Source: Octopus vulgaris
Taxonomy: Eukaryota
DNA length: 64,000 bases
Assembly (NCBI GenBank): GCA_951406725.2
Contig: OX597821.1
Coordinates: forward strand, 15,686,001-15,750,000
Reading direction: 5' to 3'
Positions 25,574-42,156 of this stretch are shown here, piece after piece. Made by a program: the position numbers and the translations under genes. The notes beneath the pieces are model-generated. The model made no database searches. It had not been told where the DNA came from and saw only the letters and a program-made list of their open reading frames with translations. Within the stretch, counting starts at the first letter, position 1. The number at the start of each line of letters is the position of its first letter.

Positions 25574-26006
25574 AACGCATGATGTCATAAAAGACTGACT
25601 TTATGTTAATATATTATACGTATATAGTTAAGGCGGAGAGCTAGTAGAAAATTAGAACGCCGGGCAAAATACAATCATAACTCTATGTATGCCAAACCAA
25701 CTCGTCGCTACACACTTAATTACACATTTTTACAGACCACAGCCTCACCGAAATGGAATGACTGTTCATAATTTTTTGAAAATAATGAATGCGATATTTG
25801 CCTCAGCAAGCAGAACTTTGCAGCTAGTTACTCAAGCATAGATGACGTAAATTTTCTGTCTTTTGCTCATGTCACCTTAACACTAATGAAGGACACCGTA
25901 TTCTTTGCTTTTTTAGCTATTCTAAATACCACCTGGCTCGTTGAGAACATTCATCAAGGTTAGACATATGCACTCGGTGTAGTAGATTATATATATATAT
26001 ATATAT

Positions 26007-26216
26007 ACTCTTTTACTCTTTTACTTGTTTCAGTCATTTGACTGCGGCTATGCTGGAGCACCGCCCTTAGTCGAGCAAATCGACCCCGGGACTTATTCTT
26101 TGTAAGCCCAGTACTTATTATATCGGTCTCTTTTGCTGAACCTCTAAGTGACGGGGACGTAAACACACCAGCATCGGTTGTCAAGCAATGCTAGGGGGAC
26201 AAACACAGACACACAA

Positions 26217-26269
<53 letters not shown>

Positions 26270-26433
26270 CGACGGGCTTCTTTCAGTTTCCGTCTACCAA
26301 ATCCACTCACAAGGCATTGGTCGGCCCGGGGCTATAGCAGAAAACACTTTCCCAAGATGCCACGCAGTGGGACTGAACCCTGAAGCATGTGGTTGGTTAG
26401 CAAGCTAATTACCACACAGCCACTGTTGCGCCT
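26007..26433 (-). mobile_element. SINE family A, full length
   Basis: Reverse complement of family A; (TA)n on both sides. Confidence 0.93.
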
Positions 26434-26442
26434 ATATATATA

Positions 26443-26484
<42 letters not shown>

Positions 26485-26920
26485 ATGTGTCTGTGTGTGT
26501 GTGCGTGTGTGTGCGTGTGTGTGTATGCGTGTATGTGTGTGTTTATGCATTTGTTTTGCTGATGTGAAATCATGTGTTGAAAAAGATATTGTTATGTTTC
26601 GGGATGGATATTCTTTTTCATGCTTAATAAACACACGCACTGTATATTCGTTCTTCGCTAGTTTATTATTGTTTTTATTTCACTTTATGCCCATCGTCTG
26701 GAAATCTTTCTTCACACATCTGTCACCTCTTCAGTAAGAACTAAACAGAACATGAGGAAGCATGTGCGATGGAAGAATCGCTGACAAGTTTACAAATGTG
26801 TGATTGAAAGATTTCCAGACATTGGACATAAGCTAAGATAAGAAAAATAATAAAAGAGTGAAGAACGAATATATATATATAGTGCGTGTGTTTATTTGGC
26901 AAGAAAAAAATGACCTTATA

Positions 26921-27013
<93 letters not shown>

Positions 27014-27249
27014 GTTTGTATATATGTGTGTATTTGTGCGCGTACGTGTGTGTTTGTGTGTGCGTGTATGTGTGTGTGTACGTGTGTGCGTGTTTGCATT
27101 TATAGTGGATATTAGTCTGCATTAACGATCATCGCATTTTCAGGTCGCCAATCTCCTAAACGACTTGCTTAAAAGTGTGTTACTATTCTCTCGATTCATG
27201 TAGACGTGACAGAATCCTGAAACAGATTCAGAGCATGACAAACTGGTCA

Positions 27250-27500
27250 GTTGAATTACAGGAGAAATCTATCGGAACTCTTTGAATACACTTTATGTAA
27301 ACAACGTTTCATCAAAGGTCTTTACTCCAAGCGTAATCACCATAGGAGACACGCGCAAAAGGTGACACGTGTTCAATAGAAGACAAGCGCTCAAAGTTTT
27401 CGTGAACAGAAACTGATAATTGTGGACCCAATTTTTAAGCAAACATTGGATAACACTGCGTCTATAAACTGCCTTAATTTGCACGTACCAGCCCTCACAC
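27250..27500 (-). mobile_element. Possible internally deleted mariner-like remnant
   Basis: Minus strand begins TGAGGG followed by RRSVIQCL, similar to mariner termini and N-termini; weak. Confidence 0.3.
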
Positions 27501-28402
27501 ACATACATACATATGTACATACATAAATACATACATACATCCATAAATACATATGAGCATATGGTAAACCAAGAAATGCTAGTATCCACAAACTCAAGAT
27601 AGAGAAAGTACTAATGCTAATACCAACGAAAAGATATATACAATGATTACAGCAATCGGTAAGTTTTATAGGAACCTTCACATAATATGACATACTTGAA
27701 AACATGCCAGGTAACCTACGCATCCAGTAACATTTACAGCTACCGAGACAAATGTCTGGAATGGCATAACAACAGCATGCTACAGTAGAATGATAAATTA
27801 TTTTGGTGCATGTAATGGGTTAATAGTAATTTAGTGGTAGCTGTGTATATAGAACGTTAATGCTAATCTCTGTATGTGGGGAAGCGTATCAATGAAAACA
27901 GATTACAAAGCAATTCTTCACTATAACAACAACCACCGAAGTTTGCGTCACAATAGAAGGAAAAACAGAAAAAAATGTACACATACTATGAATGCAGTGG
28001 AGTCATTAGGAGGAACACGTTATTTTAATTTCGGTGTTTGGGAACTGGCCGATTATATCTTTGTGTGTGCGTGTGTTTGTGTGTGTGCTTGTATATACAT
28101 GTGTATATATTATATATGTATGATATGAGAGTATGTATGTGTGTGTATATGTATGTGTGTATTGGCATGTAACCAAAATGATAAACATATACAATTCTGG
28201 AAAAACTAGTCTTGACTGACTGATCAATAAAAGAAATCAATTGGAATGTTGGTAGCTATTCTTGTTTTTCCAGCTTCTTCTGACAGTGTAACTGTTGCTG
28301 TTAATGTTATATTTTTCTTGCGCTAGTTTATTTTCAAATATGTTTATGGTAATAGAGAAAAAGAAATTAAAGGAGGATAGAGAGACGGATGGAGGGAAAA
28401 AG

Positions 28403-28440
<38 letters not shown>

Positions 28441-28584
28441 GAGTGAAATGAAAATAAGAAATAAATATACGTTTCAAAATGGATTACATTAAATAACTAC
28501 TTACTAAGCTCACTAAGGGCAACTTCGAGATAAACCTACTTCCTAGAACACATATACATGGAAATATATACATGCTCAAACACC

Positions 28585-28637
<53 letters not shown>

Positions 28638-29751
28638 AGCGTGTATGCGTGGTGGTATGTACGTATGTATATGACCACAGCCACAAACGTATATGTTAGA
28701 TTCTCTGGGTAATTGAATTACTACACCATACAATATTATTTTCTTTCGGCGTTATTAGAACTGTTGAATTCACACAAAGCATGTTGTATGAGTAGATAGA
28801 AATCACACACACACACGCGCGCATACACACACACACATACACACATGCAACACTCACAATCAGGAATTTTTCTACCCCACCCATTGCCTCGAAACAACGT
28901 GTTTGTTAATTTCAGGGCTTATATTCTTTCAGTAATAATTTGGAAAGATGGTACAAACATGGTATGTAAGTTTTTAGTACGCAGTGTGCAATTCTCGAGA
29001 CGTGACATCGACAAAAGGTTTCACCTATACACTTTGCCACATGGAAATAAAATAATGAACTTGTCTAAAAACTTTCGTCTGGAAAGATTAGACTATTAGG
29101 ACATTGGTATTTGGATTTAGACCGAGATCAATATTGATCGAGCAGTATCATAATCAAATGCTAACCACCGCAATTCCATCTTCTTCTAGAGTATATGATG
29201 ATATTTGAGGAAAACAGAAATACTCTTTCACTAGCTATATAAATTTCGCCTCCAGTCTTAAGAAAAGTACTAGCAGCAGCCACTTCATATCAGAGAAATC
29301 AAATCTTCACATACATAGCGGGGTTTCATTCGCAGAAAACTATGTGTAAAATTTCTTTGTAGGAATTATATTCATAACTACACTGAGCACAAGTGGTTAA
29401 TTCTCGGGATTTCAAAAAACTGATGAGTTCTTGTTCCATGTTTAAATCAAAATAAATGGAAAAATATATTCCATTGTGTATAAAAAAACGACAAGGTCTT
29501 ATTTAAATTAAGGTTAATTTTTGGAGGTATAATAGTTAAATGGAATATGACAGTAATTGCTTGTGAGTTACAGCCTTAATACTGCAATCGAATTTGTTTC
29601 TTTTAATTATTGATAATTACAGACATAATTTATATTATTACTTCTATATCCGAGGGAACAGATCTGTAATAAAAAGATAACCACTGGAGGTCATATATAT
29701 AAATATATATATAATAAAAATAACGATAATAATGATAATAAAAGTAATAAT

Positions 29752-29794
<43 letters not shown>

Positions 29795-29917
29795 GGGAAT
29801 ATGATTCCAAACTTACAGGGAAAATTTCAATTTAGTAATACTAAATCAAATTTCATAATATATAACGTATGTAAATTAGAGATAAAATTTATAAATAAGA
29901 GATAAACCTTATCTCTA

Positions 29918-29995
<78 letters not shown>

Positions 29996-30428
29996 GTACA
30001 TATATATATATTTCAGGAATAGTAAAGCTAAACATATATTATCCAATGTATCTTCTACGTATTCATGAAAGTAAAATGAAGATCGATGGGACAGCAGTGA
30101 CTTCTTCCGTGATTATTTCGTTATATAGCAGTAAGCATATAAACGCAGGTGGATGGTTCTCGTTGTATTTATCTCAGTAGCATTGAAATACTTTAAACAC
30201 AAATCAGAGTTAAGAACGAAGCCCGTGTTTAAAATGCGAAAGGCATGGCTTACAATGAAGCTTAATTCAGTAGAGTTAATTATTTTACGAGCAAAATATC
30301 TAGATCTGGAATGAGAATGATCTTAGTCTCAAATTACATTACATTTCCGAATGTATAATTTATTGAATATAATTTTTATTCATATAGATATAGATGCCGT
30401 AAGGTCCCTACCATCTCTATCTCCCTTA

Positions 30429-30479
<51 letters not shown>

Positions 30480-30542
30480 AATATGTTTACATGTATGTAT
30501 GTGTATGTACATATATATATACACGCACACACACAAAATGTT

Positions 30543-30580
<38 letters not shown>

Positions 30581-33482
30581 CACACACACATACATATACA
30601 TGTATAATGTGTATTTGTATATTAATATTAGATATATGTCACCTGCTTAAAAAATATATCCGCCATGATTTAATGCTCCCTTTCTCTAGATGTTGATAAG
30701 TTTGTTGAAAAACAAGTATCGCTTATAATTGATTAATTAAGAAAATTAGTTAGTGTTTTTCCAGCTGAATTTCAGAATTTACTGTCTCATAGTTACAATA
30801 TTCCTCTCTGGACTATCATTGCATGAAATGTTTCAAATTTTTTCTTAAGATATTGTTATAGTACATATTTTTGTAGTATTGCATTGCCATTCTCCGCCTG
30901 AACCAAAGAAGTGGAAATAGATTTGCTTTGTTTCATTAATACTTTTATTTCCCTATTTCTTGTATATTTGATTATAGATTATCTTACTTTCGGCTAAACG
31001 TATTTAACGTTTCTTTTCCTATATTATTTTTTAATCTAATATTTTAATTTGGATTCTTCTGTTTAATGTACAAATAGATTTTCATTATGAATCATATGCT
31101 TATAACACTATATTTTGTGTATGTTGCTATGAGGTAGCATTTCTTTCCGAATGTAAGCGACGCATCTTCTACATTATTGATTTTGTGATTAGCTAGCAAT
31201 TTATAAGAAAACTGAACTGACAAATAAGTTTATTATATATAGGTTTCTGTGAAATTATTATTTGTAACAGCTTAAGTGCACTAGATCTTTTAGAAAATTA
31301 ATATTGAACTTTATAAATATACTCTGTATTTCCTCAGCAATTACGACTGAACTCCGAAATATATTCATAACTGTTAGATGTTATTATCCGTAACAAGACG
31401 TACAGTATAGTATACAAGGATAGTGACGCTGTCGCTATTGTTTTTTTTTTTCTTTTTCTCCTACTTTAAATCCTTTTAGCATTGATTGTCTCACACACCT
31501 CTACCTATGACGGCGTGAATTTTGATTTCTTAAAGTAGACTGTGTACGTTGATCGAAATAGAAATTGTAACGCATTAATTTGGCAGTTTTCTCGCACGTA
31601 TCTGAATATAACAATATTCATTCTTGTCTTTCATCACAAATTCAATTCTAAAAGTATGTTTGAAATAAATGTATGATTCGTCAATATCCCAGTTTTACTC
31701 TCTTAAACGTAAACGGATTTGTTAGTAGAACAATTCCGATACACCATACTAAGATTCAAAACTCAATAAAAGATACGTACCTATAACACAGCTAAGCCAT
31801 GATACTGACATATACGCAGTTTATCTATCGATCGATAAATCTCTAAACAGCTAAATAATTCTGAGTGACTATTTTCATTTCGCTCTGATATTTAGCTTGT
31901 TATTAGCGAAAGATCTTAAGCGTTCATATTGATTGTGTGTTAAAGACAATCCCACGCAATCGACATGTCTCTAAGGCGGTTAGTGTGTGTAGGTTGCAAC
32001 TAAAAACAAACATTTTTATTGAAAGACAAGAGTAATACAGAATATTACTTTACACTAACACACGCTGATATATACACACATACATATATAACAACATATA
32101 GAATACACACATATAGTTAAAATATACATCAAGCACTCACACATGTATTATACAAATGCACACAAACTCTACATTTCCATACGTTCATATTTGTACACAC
32201 ACACACAAATATATACATGTATGTATATATATATATGCACGCACATACATATCCAGGCATATATAAAAGTTTACAAACGTACCAGAGACATAAACACTCA
32301 ATTATTTTTATATTGATATTATAAATGCTAATTGGTCGGAGCAAAAGTGAATGACAGCATCATTTATATGATTTAATCCATTATCAAATGAACCTGGAAG
32401 GTAGAAGTAAAAGACTCTTACTTGACCAAATTTAGAGTTTTCCAGTTCGTTTCTGAATAGTTTAAACTTACCTGCAAATAAAAGAAATAAGAATGTTAGA
32501 GATAAAAAATTAAATTTCAACAAGAAGCAAACTAAATATCATTTATTTTAATTATTTATGTTTATGAATATGTAAAGAAAGCAAAATGCTTATAATTGAG
32601 GTTTCATTGAATATTGAAATTCGTTCGGAAATTATAACAAGTATCTTGACTTCATCTGGATGATGTTATTTAGTCTTTGGATACCACATCCAATGATCCC
32701 ATCATCTCATAGTTCGGATTTTCACCAAATAGTGATCTGTACATAAATCATCAAACACCAAAGTTACTTAAGACAGACAGCACATAATTTTATACATTTT
32801 CATGCAACGCCAGTATCATTCTCCCACCGCTATAAGCTAAAGTACAGATATAGCCACCAAAAGGTACACACACACACAAATACATATACACTCGCTCACA
32901 TATATACACACAACCAGAAATTTCCTCAACAAAAACACAGTGGTATTGATCACAAGGTTATTTATATTTGTTGTCTAAATGAAGGACACAGATCGCCGAA
33001 TTAATTCTCATCGTTGAATTTGTCTTTAATTGTGCAAATAACACTTCGTTTTAAATTGTGCCTATTTTTGATAGATTTTAAACCCCGTGCATTTTTGACA
33101 GTCACCGTTAGCTGTACTAATAACATGTATTGGAGCTGAAACATATCTTCAAAGGTGTCAGCTTGCCCACAGAAATAGCAGACACGTCATTAGAGGGGAT
33201 TTCTTATTCCTAATATTGTCTACCGCCTAAATTAGTGCTGATAGCAAAGGACAGTATACGTTAGTTCATTATCTCCTTCTTTCTCTCTCACTATATATTT
33301 CTGTCAAAGCGAATCGAATCGCAAACGATTTCAATTAACCATCAATCTGCCGTGTATGTTGTTCAGCATATCTTTATTTGTCTTTATTTGTACAAGTTCA
33401 TGTCACCAGTTACGCTGAGCTGTTTTCCGGGGCACATTTTTGTTACACACATAGACACAGAGGCAGACACAGACACGCACAC

Positions 33483-34958
<1,476 letters not shown>

Positions 34959-37420
34959 ATATTTACAAACAATATGGATATTATCCATAATGTTAATGTG
35001 ATGCCGACAATGATCTCGGATCACAACATAATAGAGCTGTCTATGTATGGAACAAAAGCCCCCGCAGACACACAGCCTATACGAAGCACCCACCATCTCT
35101 CCAACTTAAACTTTCATAAAGCCAACTGGAAGTCGATTGAGAAAGAGATCCTCAAACAGGATTGGCCTGAATGTCTCTCCACACCGGACATAAACATGAA
35201 ACACAAACACTTCATGTCCATAATACAAGCCATATGTGACAAATATGTCCCAATGTGCAGGGCCAGCACACACAAGAATAAAAACAGGATCCCTAGAGAA
35301 AGGAGGATTCTTATGAGACGACGGACAAGGATTGCAAACCGCCTGAGCAAGCACACCAAAAGTGGTGAGAAGTCTCGGCTCGAAAGAATGCTAATGGAAA
35401 CTGAGAAAAGTCTACATCAGTCCCATGAAAAGGAGAGAGCAGATAAAGAAGCTTGGGTAATAGAAAATATAAAATCAAACCCTAAAGCTTTCTTTAAGTT
35501 TGCCAAAGAGACAGCCACAGTGCACCAGAGAATAGGACCTCTCTTCCAAAAAGATGGCTCTCTCACAGGAAATCCCACGAGGATAAGTGAAATACTGAAC
35601 GAACAGTTCCAAAGTGTGTTCACTACACCTCTAGGACACAGGCAAGTAAACAACCCAGAAGAATTCTTTGCCACTTTACCAGCGGCCAAAGAGACAAAAA
35701 TTGAGTACATCAACATCGAAGAAGATGATATCACACTAGCCATTGATGAGATTGACACAAACTCAGCTGCTGGACCTGATGGATTCCCAGCGATCCTTCT
35801 CAAATCGTGCAAACGAGCCCTTGCAAAACCGCTACAGCTTCTTTTTCAGAGCTTTCTTGCAAGTGGTAAGCTCCCAGTCAAACTGAAAGAGGGGGTAATA
35901 TGCCCTATCCATAAGGGAGGTAGCAGAGCAGATGCTAAAAATTATAGGCCTATCTCTCTGACCTCACACATCAGCAAAGTCATGGAACGAATAGTCCGTA
36001 AGAAACTAATCATGTTCCTTGAAGAAAATGACTTACTGTCTGACACCCAGCATGGATTTCGACCAGGTAGAGGCTGCCTAACACAGCTCCTGCAACACTA
36101 TGACTGGGTGTTGAAACAGCTACTAAATAGCTCAAATGTGGATGTAATATATCTTGACTTTGCAAAAGCCTTTGATAAAGTCGACCATGGTATGATCTGT
36201 CACAAACTGCGTGGTCTCGGCATAGGCGGGAAACTTGGAGAGTGGCTGCACAACTTCCTAAAAGACAGAAAACAGGCAGTTGTGAGCAATGGAGCCACCT
36301 CCAGGGAAACGCAAATAACAAGCGGTGTCCCACAGGGCACTGTCTTGGGGCCACTGATGTTCATAGTGGCCCTTTCAGACATGCCTTCAGTTGCTACGAT
36401 GACCACCCTTGCTAGCTATGCAGATGACACAAAAGTCTCCCACGCAATACAAAACCCTGAAAATATTGCGCATCTGCAACATGAGCTGGACACAATATAC
36501 AGGTGGGCTGAGGACAACAACATGCAGTTTAATGCAGGTAAGTTCCAGGCCCTGCGCTACTGGCACACAAAGGTAAATGACGTGAAGACTGGATACACTG
36601 GCCCAGGAAGAATTGCAATCCCTGAGTCAAAATCAGTGCGTGACCTGGGCATTGACATGAGCAATGATGCATCTTTCCAAATGCATATTGCTAATCTGGT
36701 GATAAAATGCAGACGGCTAGCTGGATGGATTCTCCGAACTTTCAGAACAAGAGAGAAGGAGACACTGATGGTCCTATGGAAAACATTTGTCCTCAGCCGC
36801 TTGGACTACTGCTCCCAACTTTGGTCACCACACAATATAAAACAAACAGCAGAACTCGAAGCAAGTCAGAGAAGCTACACAAAGAAAATCGTCTCAATGC
36901 AAAATGTCAGCTACTGGGAAAGACTGAAGGTATTAAACCTCTTCTCCCTGGAGCGGAGGCGGGAGAGATATGCAGTGATATACATCTGGAAAATCCTGGA
37001 GGGTCTTGTCCCAAACTTTGGCATTCAAAGTTACTCCAACCGCAGAACGGGGCGCCGCTGCGTGGTGCCAAGGATTCCAACATCACCATCAAAATACAGG
37101 TCCAGATACTGCAACAGCTTGGGTTTCAGAGGACCACAGCTCTTTAACATCCTCCCTAAATGCCTGAGAGACTTACATGGTGTGGATGTGGGTTTCTTTA
37201 AAACTAAACTGGATCTCTTCTTGTTGGGAGTCCCAGATGAACCTACCTCACGACAGGAGACACGGATGCGGGCAGCAGCATCGAACTCCCTTGTTGATCA
37301 AGTGCCACGTATCAGAGGTGGATTCACAAACTAGTGTAGCTCATTCAGCGGTGGTGCCCCAGCATGGCCGCGGCCTTCGGGCTAAAACATTTTTAAGGAT
37401 TTAAGGATTTTAAGGATTTA
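34959..37420 (+). mobile_element. CR1/L2-group LINE, 5'-truncated within the endonuclease
   Basis: Starts in frame at IFTNN...ISDHN (end of an AP endonuclease), full RT, short 3' UTR, tail of three TTAAGGAT-type repeats. Confidence 0.92.
34974..37334 (+). CDS. LINE ORF2 reverse transcriptase, 786 aa uninterrupted, N-terminus missing
   Basis: Motifs [62 protein letters not shown]; the ATG is internal to the original ORF. Confidence 0.93.
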   Translation: MDIIHNVNVMPTMISDHNIIELSMYGTKAPADTQPIRSTHHLSNLNFHKANWKSIEKEILKQDWPECLSTPDINMKHKHFMSIIQAICDKYVPMCRASTHKNKNRIPRERRILMRRRTRIANRLSKHTKSGEKSRLERMLMETEKSLHQSHEKERADKEAWVIENIKSNPKAFFKFAKETATVHQRIGPLFQKDGSLTGNPTRISEILNEQFQSVFTTPLGHRQVNNPEEFFATLPAAKETKIEYINIEEDDITLAIDEIDTNSAAGPDGFPAILLKSCKRALAKPLQLLFQSFLASGKLPVKLKEGVICPIHKGGSRADAKNYRPISLTSHISKVMERIVRKKLIMFLEENDLLSDTQHGFRPGRGCLTQLLQHYDWVLKQLLNSSNVDVIYLDFAKAFDKVDHGMICHKLRGLGIGGKLGEWLHNFLKDRKQAVVSNGATSRETQITSGVPQGTVLGPLMFIVALSDMPSVATMTTLASYADDTKVSHAIQNPENIAHLQHELDTIYRWAEDNNMQFNAGKFQALRYWHTKVNDVKTGYTGPGRIAIPESKSVRDLGIDMSNDASFQMHIANLVIKCRRLAGWILRTFRTREKETLMVLWKTFVLSRLDYCSQLWSPHNIKQTAELEASQRSYTKKIVSMQNVSYWERLKVLNLFSLERRRERYAVIYIWKILEGLVPNFGIQSYSNRRTGRRCVVPRIPTSPSKYRSRYCNSLGFRGPQLFNILPKCLRDLHGVDVGFFKTKLDLFLLGVPDEPTSRQETRMRAAASNSLVDQVPRIRGGFTN

Positions 37421-37623
37421 CATACATACATATATACATACATACATATATATATATATGCATACATATATATACATACATATATACATACATATATATA
37501 TATACATACATATATACATATATATGCATACATATATATACATACATATATACATATATATGCATACATATATATACATACATATATACATACATATATA
37601 TATATATACATACATATATACAT

Positions 37624-37660
<37 letters not shown>

Positions 37661-37845
37661 CATACATGTATATATATATACATACATACATGTATATATA
37701 TACATACATATATATATACATACATACATGGATATATATACATACATATATATATACATACATACATGTATATATATACATACATATATATATACATACA
37801 TACATATATATATACATACATACATATATATGCATACATATATAC

Positions 37846-37876
<31 letters not shown>

Positions 37877-38267
37877 CATACATATATATATACATACATA
37901 TATACATACATACATACATATATACATACATACATATATACATACATACATATATATATACATACATATATATATATACATACATATATATATATACATA
38001 CATATATATATATATACATACATATATATATATACATACATATATATATATACATACATATATATATATACATACATATATATATACATATATATATACA
38101 TACATATATATATACATACATATATATATACAAACATATATATATACATACATATATACATACATATATACATACATACATATATACATACTTACATATA
38201 TACATACATATATACATACATATATACATACATACATACATGCATATATATATATATATATATATAT
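37421..38267. repeat. ~850-bp compound (CATA)n/(TA)n microsatellite
   Basis: Direct reading. Confidence 0.97.
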
Positions 38268-39539
38268 AAAGTTAATCCAAACAAGAAAACGGAAAGACAA
38301 CAACGCGAGGATGTGGAACAAATAAAGTATTATTATTATTACAAATAAATTATTATTATTATAAAGTATTATATATATTATTTAGGTACAATAACTGTCT
38401 GCACATTTCCTATTAAAATTGTTTATTTCCATTAGATGTTTTTATCTCCGTGATAAAGGAGAAATTTTTTCTTCTAGATCCCATTTAGTTTCAACTACGA
38501 TTATGCAGAAAGGGTTATAACATTCGAAAGCGCTATTTTTTTCATTCTCTTTTCGATAATGCCAATGAAATGTATGTCACTGGAAATATTAATGGTAAAA
38601 CCTTCATATTACTGACGGCAGAATTCTGGTTTACGCATCCCATACAACTTCAAATAATTTTTACTTTTTTTTTTTTTTTGAATTCTCAGAGACTCTTAGT
38701 TATACGTACGGGAATTCATACGATTATGCAAAAACAAAAAAATTTAAAAAGTGGAACAAATTTGGTGCATGACTTAAGGGCTATTTAGCTGTTATTTTTT
38801 GTATATCTCATACTCTCTTCATAGCCGTTTCTGACGTATGCATGTTTTTCGATATTTTTCTCCCTATAACAACATTCCAAGATCTATTACTGAGATTTAA
38901 GTCATAACTTCGAGCTGTCCCTATTTTAAAGTGTGATTTAAAAGAAAAGAAAAAAATCGAAAAATTAGCACGTTGTTTTTTTTAAATACACTTTTATTTT
39001 CATAATCGTGTGAAGCCTCGTGTGCAGAATAGAAATTCACAAAACCTTTTCAAAAATTTCCCAAAATAAATTTGTGATAAGGGCTTATGTGGCGTGCTTA
39101 AAGCAGATTTCCACCCAACGGACTTTAGTAATGCTCTTAAAACAAGATATTTTTTCTAGAGTACTAGATATTCCCATCAAAACATTTTATAGAGTTTGCA
39201 ATAATCACTTTAATATACATCAGAGAATTGATTTTTATTATTATTGTTGCAATCACTACGTCATGGTATCCCTCTAAACAAAATTGACAAAACTAAAATG
39301 AAATTATTGGATCAAGAATCGAAACCGTGTCAAGCTTACTTTATAGGAAAAATAGCTATTTAAAAATGATTCACTGTAATTGTCAGTTGTAGTTATTAGA
39401 ATGTATCCTCGAATAACTGATGCCATCGACTGATATCTAATGTTCTACAATACCCGAAATAATCTCTTATGTATGTATGTGTGTGACTGTGTAGACATCT
39501 ATATCTATCTATCTATCTATCTATCTATCTACCTGTATG

Positions 39540-39569
<30 letters not shown>

Positions 39570-39570
<1 letters not shown>

Positions 39571-39962
39571 CTCTTTTACTTGTTTCAGTCATTTGACTGC
39601 GGCCTTGCTGGAGCACCGCCTTTAATCGAGCAACTGGAACCCGGGACTTATTCTTTTGTAAGCCCAGTACTTATTCTATCGGTCCCTTTTGTCGAACGGG
39701 GACGTAAGCACACCAGCATCGGTTGTCAAGCAATGCTAGGGGGACAAACACAGACACACAAACATACACGCACACTAATATATATATATACATATATACG
39801 ACGGGCTTCTTTCAGTTTCCGTCTACCAAATCCACTCACAAGGCATTGGTCGGCCCGGGGCTATAGCAGAAGACACTTTCCCAAGGTGCCACGCAGTGGG
39901 ACTGAACCCGGAAGCATGTGGTTGGTTAGCAAGCTCCTTACCACATAGCCACTCCTGCGCCT
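39570..39962 (-). mobile_element. SINE family A, full length
   Basis: Reverse complement of family A; (TA)n on both sides. Confidence 0.93.
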
Positions 39963-41955
39963 ATGTATATATATATATATATATACAGAATTACGTCATG
40001 TGAACCAAATTCTTTTAATATCTCATTTGTATCTGATAAATAATTCCTATTCCAAGAATCAAAATATTCTAAATGATATCGATATATTTTTATTTTGTAA
40101 AAAAAAACAAAGCAAGGAACGGTTGTATAATATGATCAGAGCGATATTATTTCTCATCCCTTTTATCAGTGCACTCATTATCGCCTACGCTTCCATAAAA
40201 TCTAATCTTCCCTTTCGTAGACTTTTATCAATAATACCGTAAGAATAAAAAAATTTCTGTAAAATACAGAAACTCCGCAAATAAAAATAATATTTAGTTG
40301 GTGTAGAGTTAACATTTGCAAAGCGTGCATTAAATTTGATGTGTGAAAATATCTCTTGTATTTAATTGATACATATTTATCATGTTCATTCCGTGGGGAT
40401 GGATGTCATTGTAATACTTGAACTGGAGAATGAAACATAATAAAATCGATCCTTTTAAAAGCGCTGTTTTCAGAAATATAAGCACACTGAATATGTATCT
40501 CGAGCATGTTCACACATACCATTTGACCAACGTAATGGATTGCTTTGTAAACAATACATCAGCAGAGTAATTTTTTTAAATGTAGCATTCGGTTGTTGCA
40601 CCTGCACAGTAACACTAGTAATGAATCTAATAATAAAAATAAAGTTGAAGTTAAGTATTATTTTGCTGTAGTTATGGATAATATTTATTCATAATTTTTT
40701 AAAGTGTTTATTTTCCCGCAAATATGAAAGCTAATTTAATTTGTAATATGATATAAAAATGATAATTTGTTTACGAGAGGATAGATTCAAGAAGCCAAGA
40801 ATTATAAGGAGAAATGTCATATCTTAATATTACAGTTGACGTTGTTATGTCAACAACGTTGTTGTGTTGTGACAATTTTTTTTGTTCACGAGCCAATAAA
40901 ATTATGACGGATAAGGGAAAATACAACTGAACTAATTCTTAAGTTGATCTGAAATTCTGATGTAAACCCCTGAGCTTACGCAGTACTTTGAAGTTAACTT
41001 AACCTTCTATTAACAACCATTTGCTTCTACTTACAGTTGGGTCTGTTGCAATCTGTTGAGTTAAAATAGGTCCGTAAAGAAAATCTTAAAATTGCATAAA
41101 ATTGAAAAAGAAGAAAAGAACATTTAAATAATTCCTAGGGTCACTATTTGTAAAAATGACGAAACCATTATAGCTGCAATGCTTACATGGAAACCTGCTT
41201 CTGCTCCATGTGTTTCAAAACTTATATAATTTTCCATATGCAAATATTTCCAGTTGTAACAGACATGTGATAAACAGGTTTTCCTATTCATATATACTAT
41301 TGCCTTAACCTTTTTTATATTCATTTGATCAGGATGCAATGCCTAAATTACTCTCCTAGCATTTTGACTAATATAATATTATCTTTTTGTACTCATAATT
41401 CATATCTATTTCATGCCCTTATACATTGGAAATATTTCTGTAAAATTTACGTGCAAGTAAGTATATATATTCCTCTAACAAGTGGCTTGGTTTCAGACTG
41501 TTTGTCACAAGACGAAAACCAGTGTATTCTGGTAGAGCCGCTGTAGACATTTAGAACAGAAAAACAGCTATATTCAGATTTTTATGTTATTCATATAGAA
41601 ATTTTTATATCTAATTTACGACAGAGAAAGGAATCTACCAGACACATTCATCAAAGAAATGTTGGGTCTTATGAATTAATAATTCATATTTCTTGTACTT
41701 CCCGTAATTCTCTCGCTTCATTTTCCATCTATTATGTATATAGTTTTGGCTATAATATTTCACTTCGTATTTCGTTCTGTTATAGTAAACACACAAACAT
41801 TAGAGTTTGGCAAAATCCAGTGAAATAATTTGAATATAAATTCTGAAATTGAATGCCTTCTTTTCCATCAACTCTAAGGTTCTTTTCACTTTAAAAGATG
41901 TTTTTTTACTTGGAAATAGTATTGCCATGAAAGGTTAGACATGGACTAGAACTAT

Positions 41956-42156
41956 TGGTTTAAAATTTTTGCACGAGAACAGCAATTTCGAGGAGAGGGC
42001 AAGTCGATTGATTGACCGCAGCGCTCGACTGTTATTTATGTTATCGACCCCGAAATAATGAAATGCAAATTCGACCTCGACAAACTTTGAACTCTATATG
42101 TAAACACGGACAAAATGCCACTAAGCATTTTGATCGGAGTGCTAACCTTTCTACAG
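41956..42156 (-). mobile_element. SINE family B, diverged
   Basis: TTATCGACCCCGAAA...TCGACCTCG...TTTGAACTC...CTAAGCATTT. Confidence 0.78.

Noticed and set aside
35106-37147. Antisense and alternate-frame ORFs inside the LINE
   Set aside because: Shadows of the real RT frame with no independent motifs.
38268-38335. Short A-rich fragments beside TA tracts (also 29793-29920) that may be pseudo-LTR pieces
   Set aside because: Too short, with no ribozyme core or clear second copy in the window to support a call.
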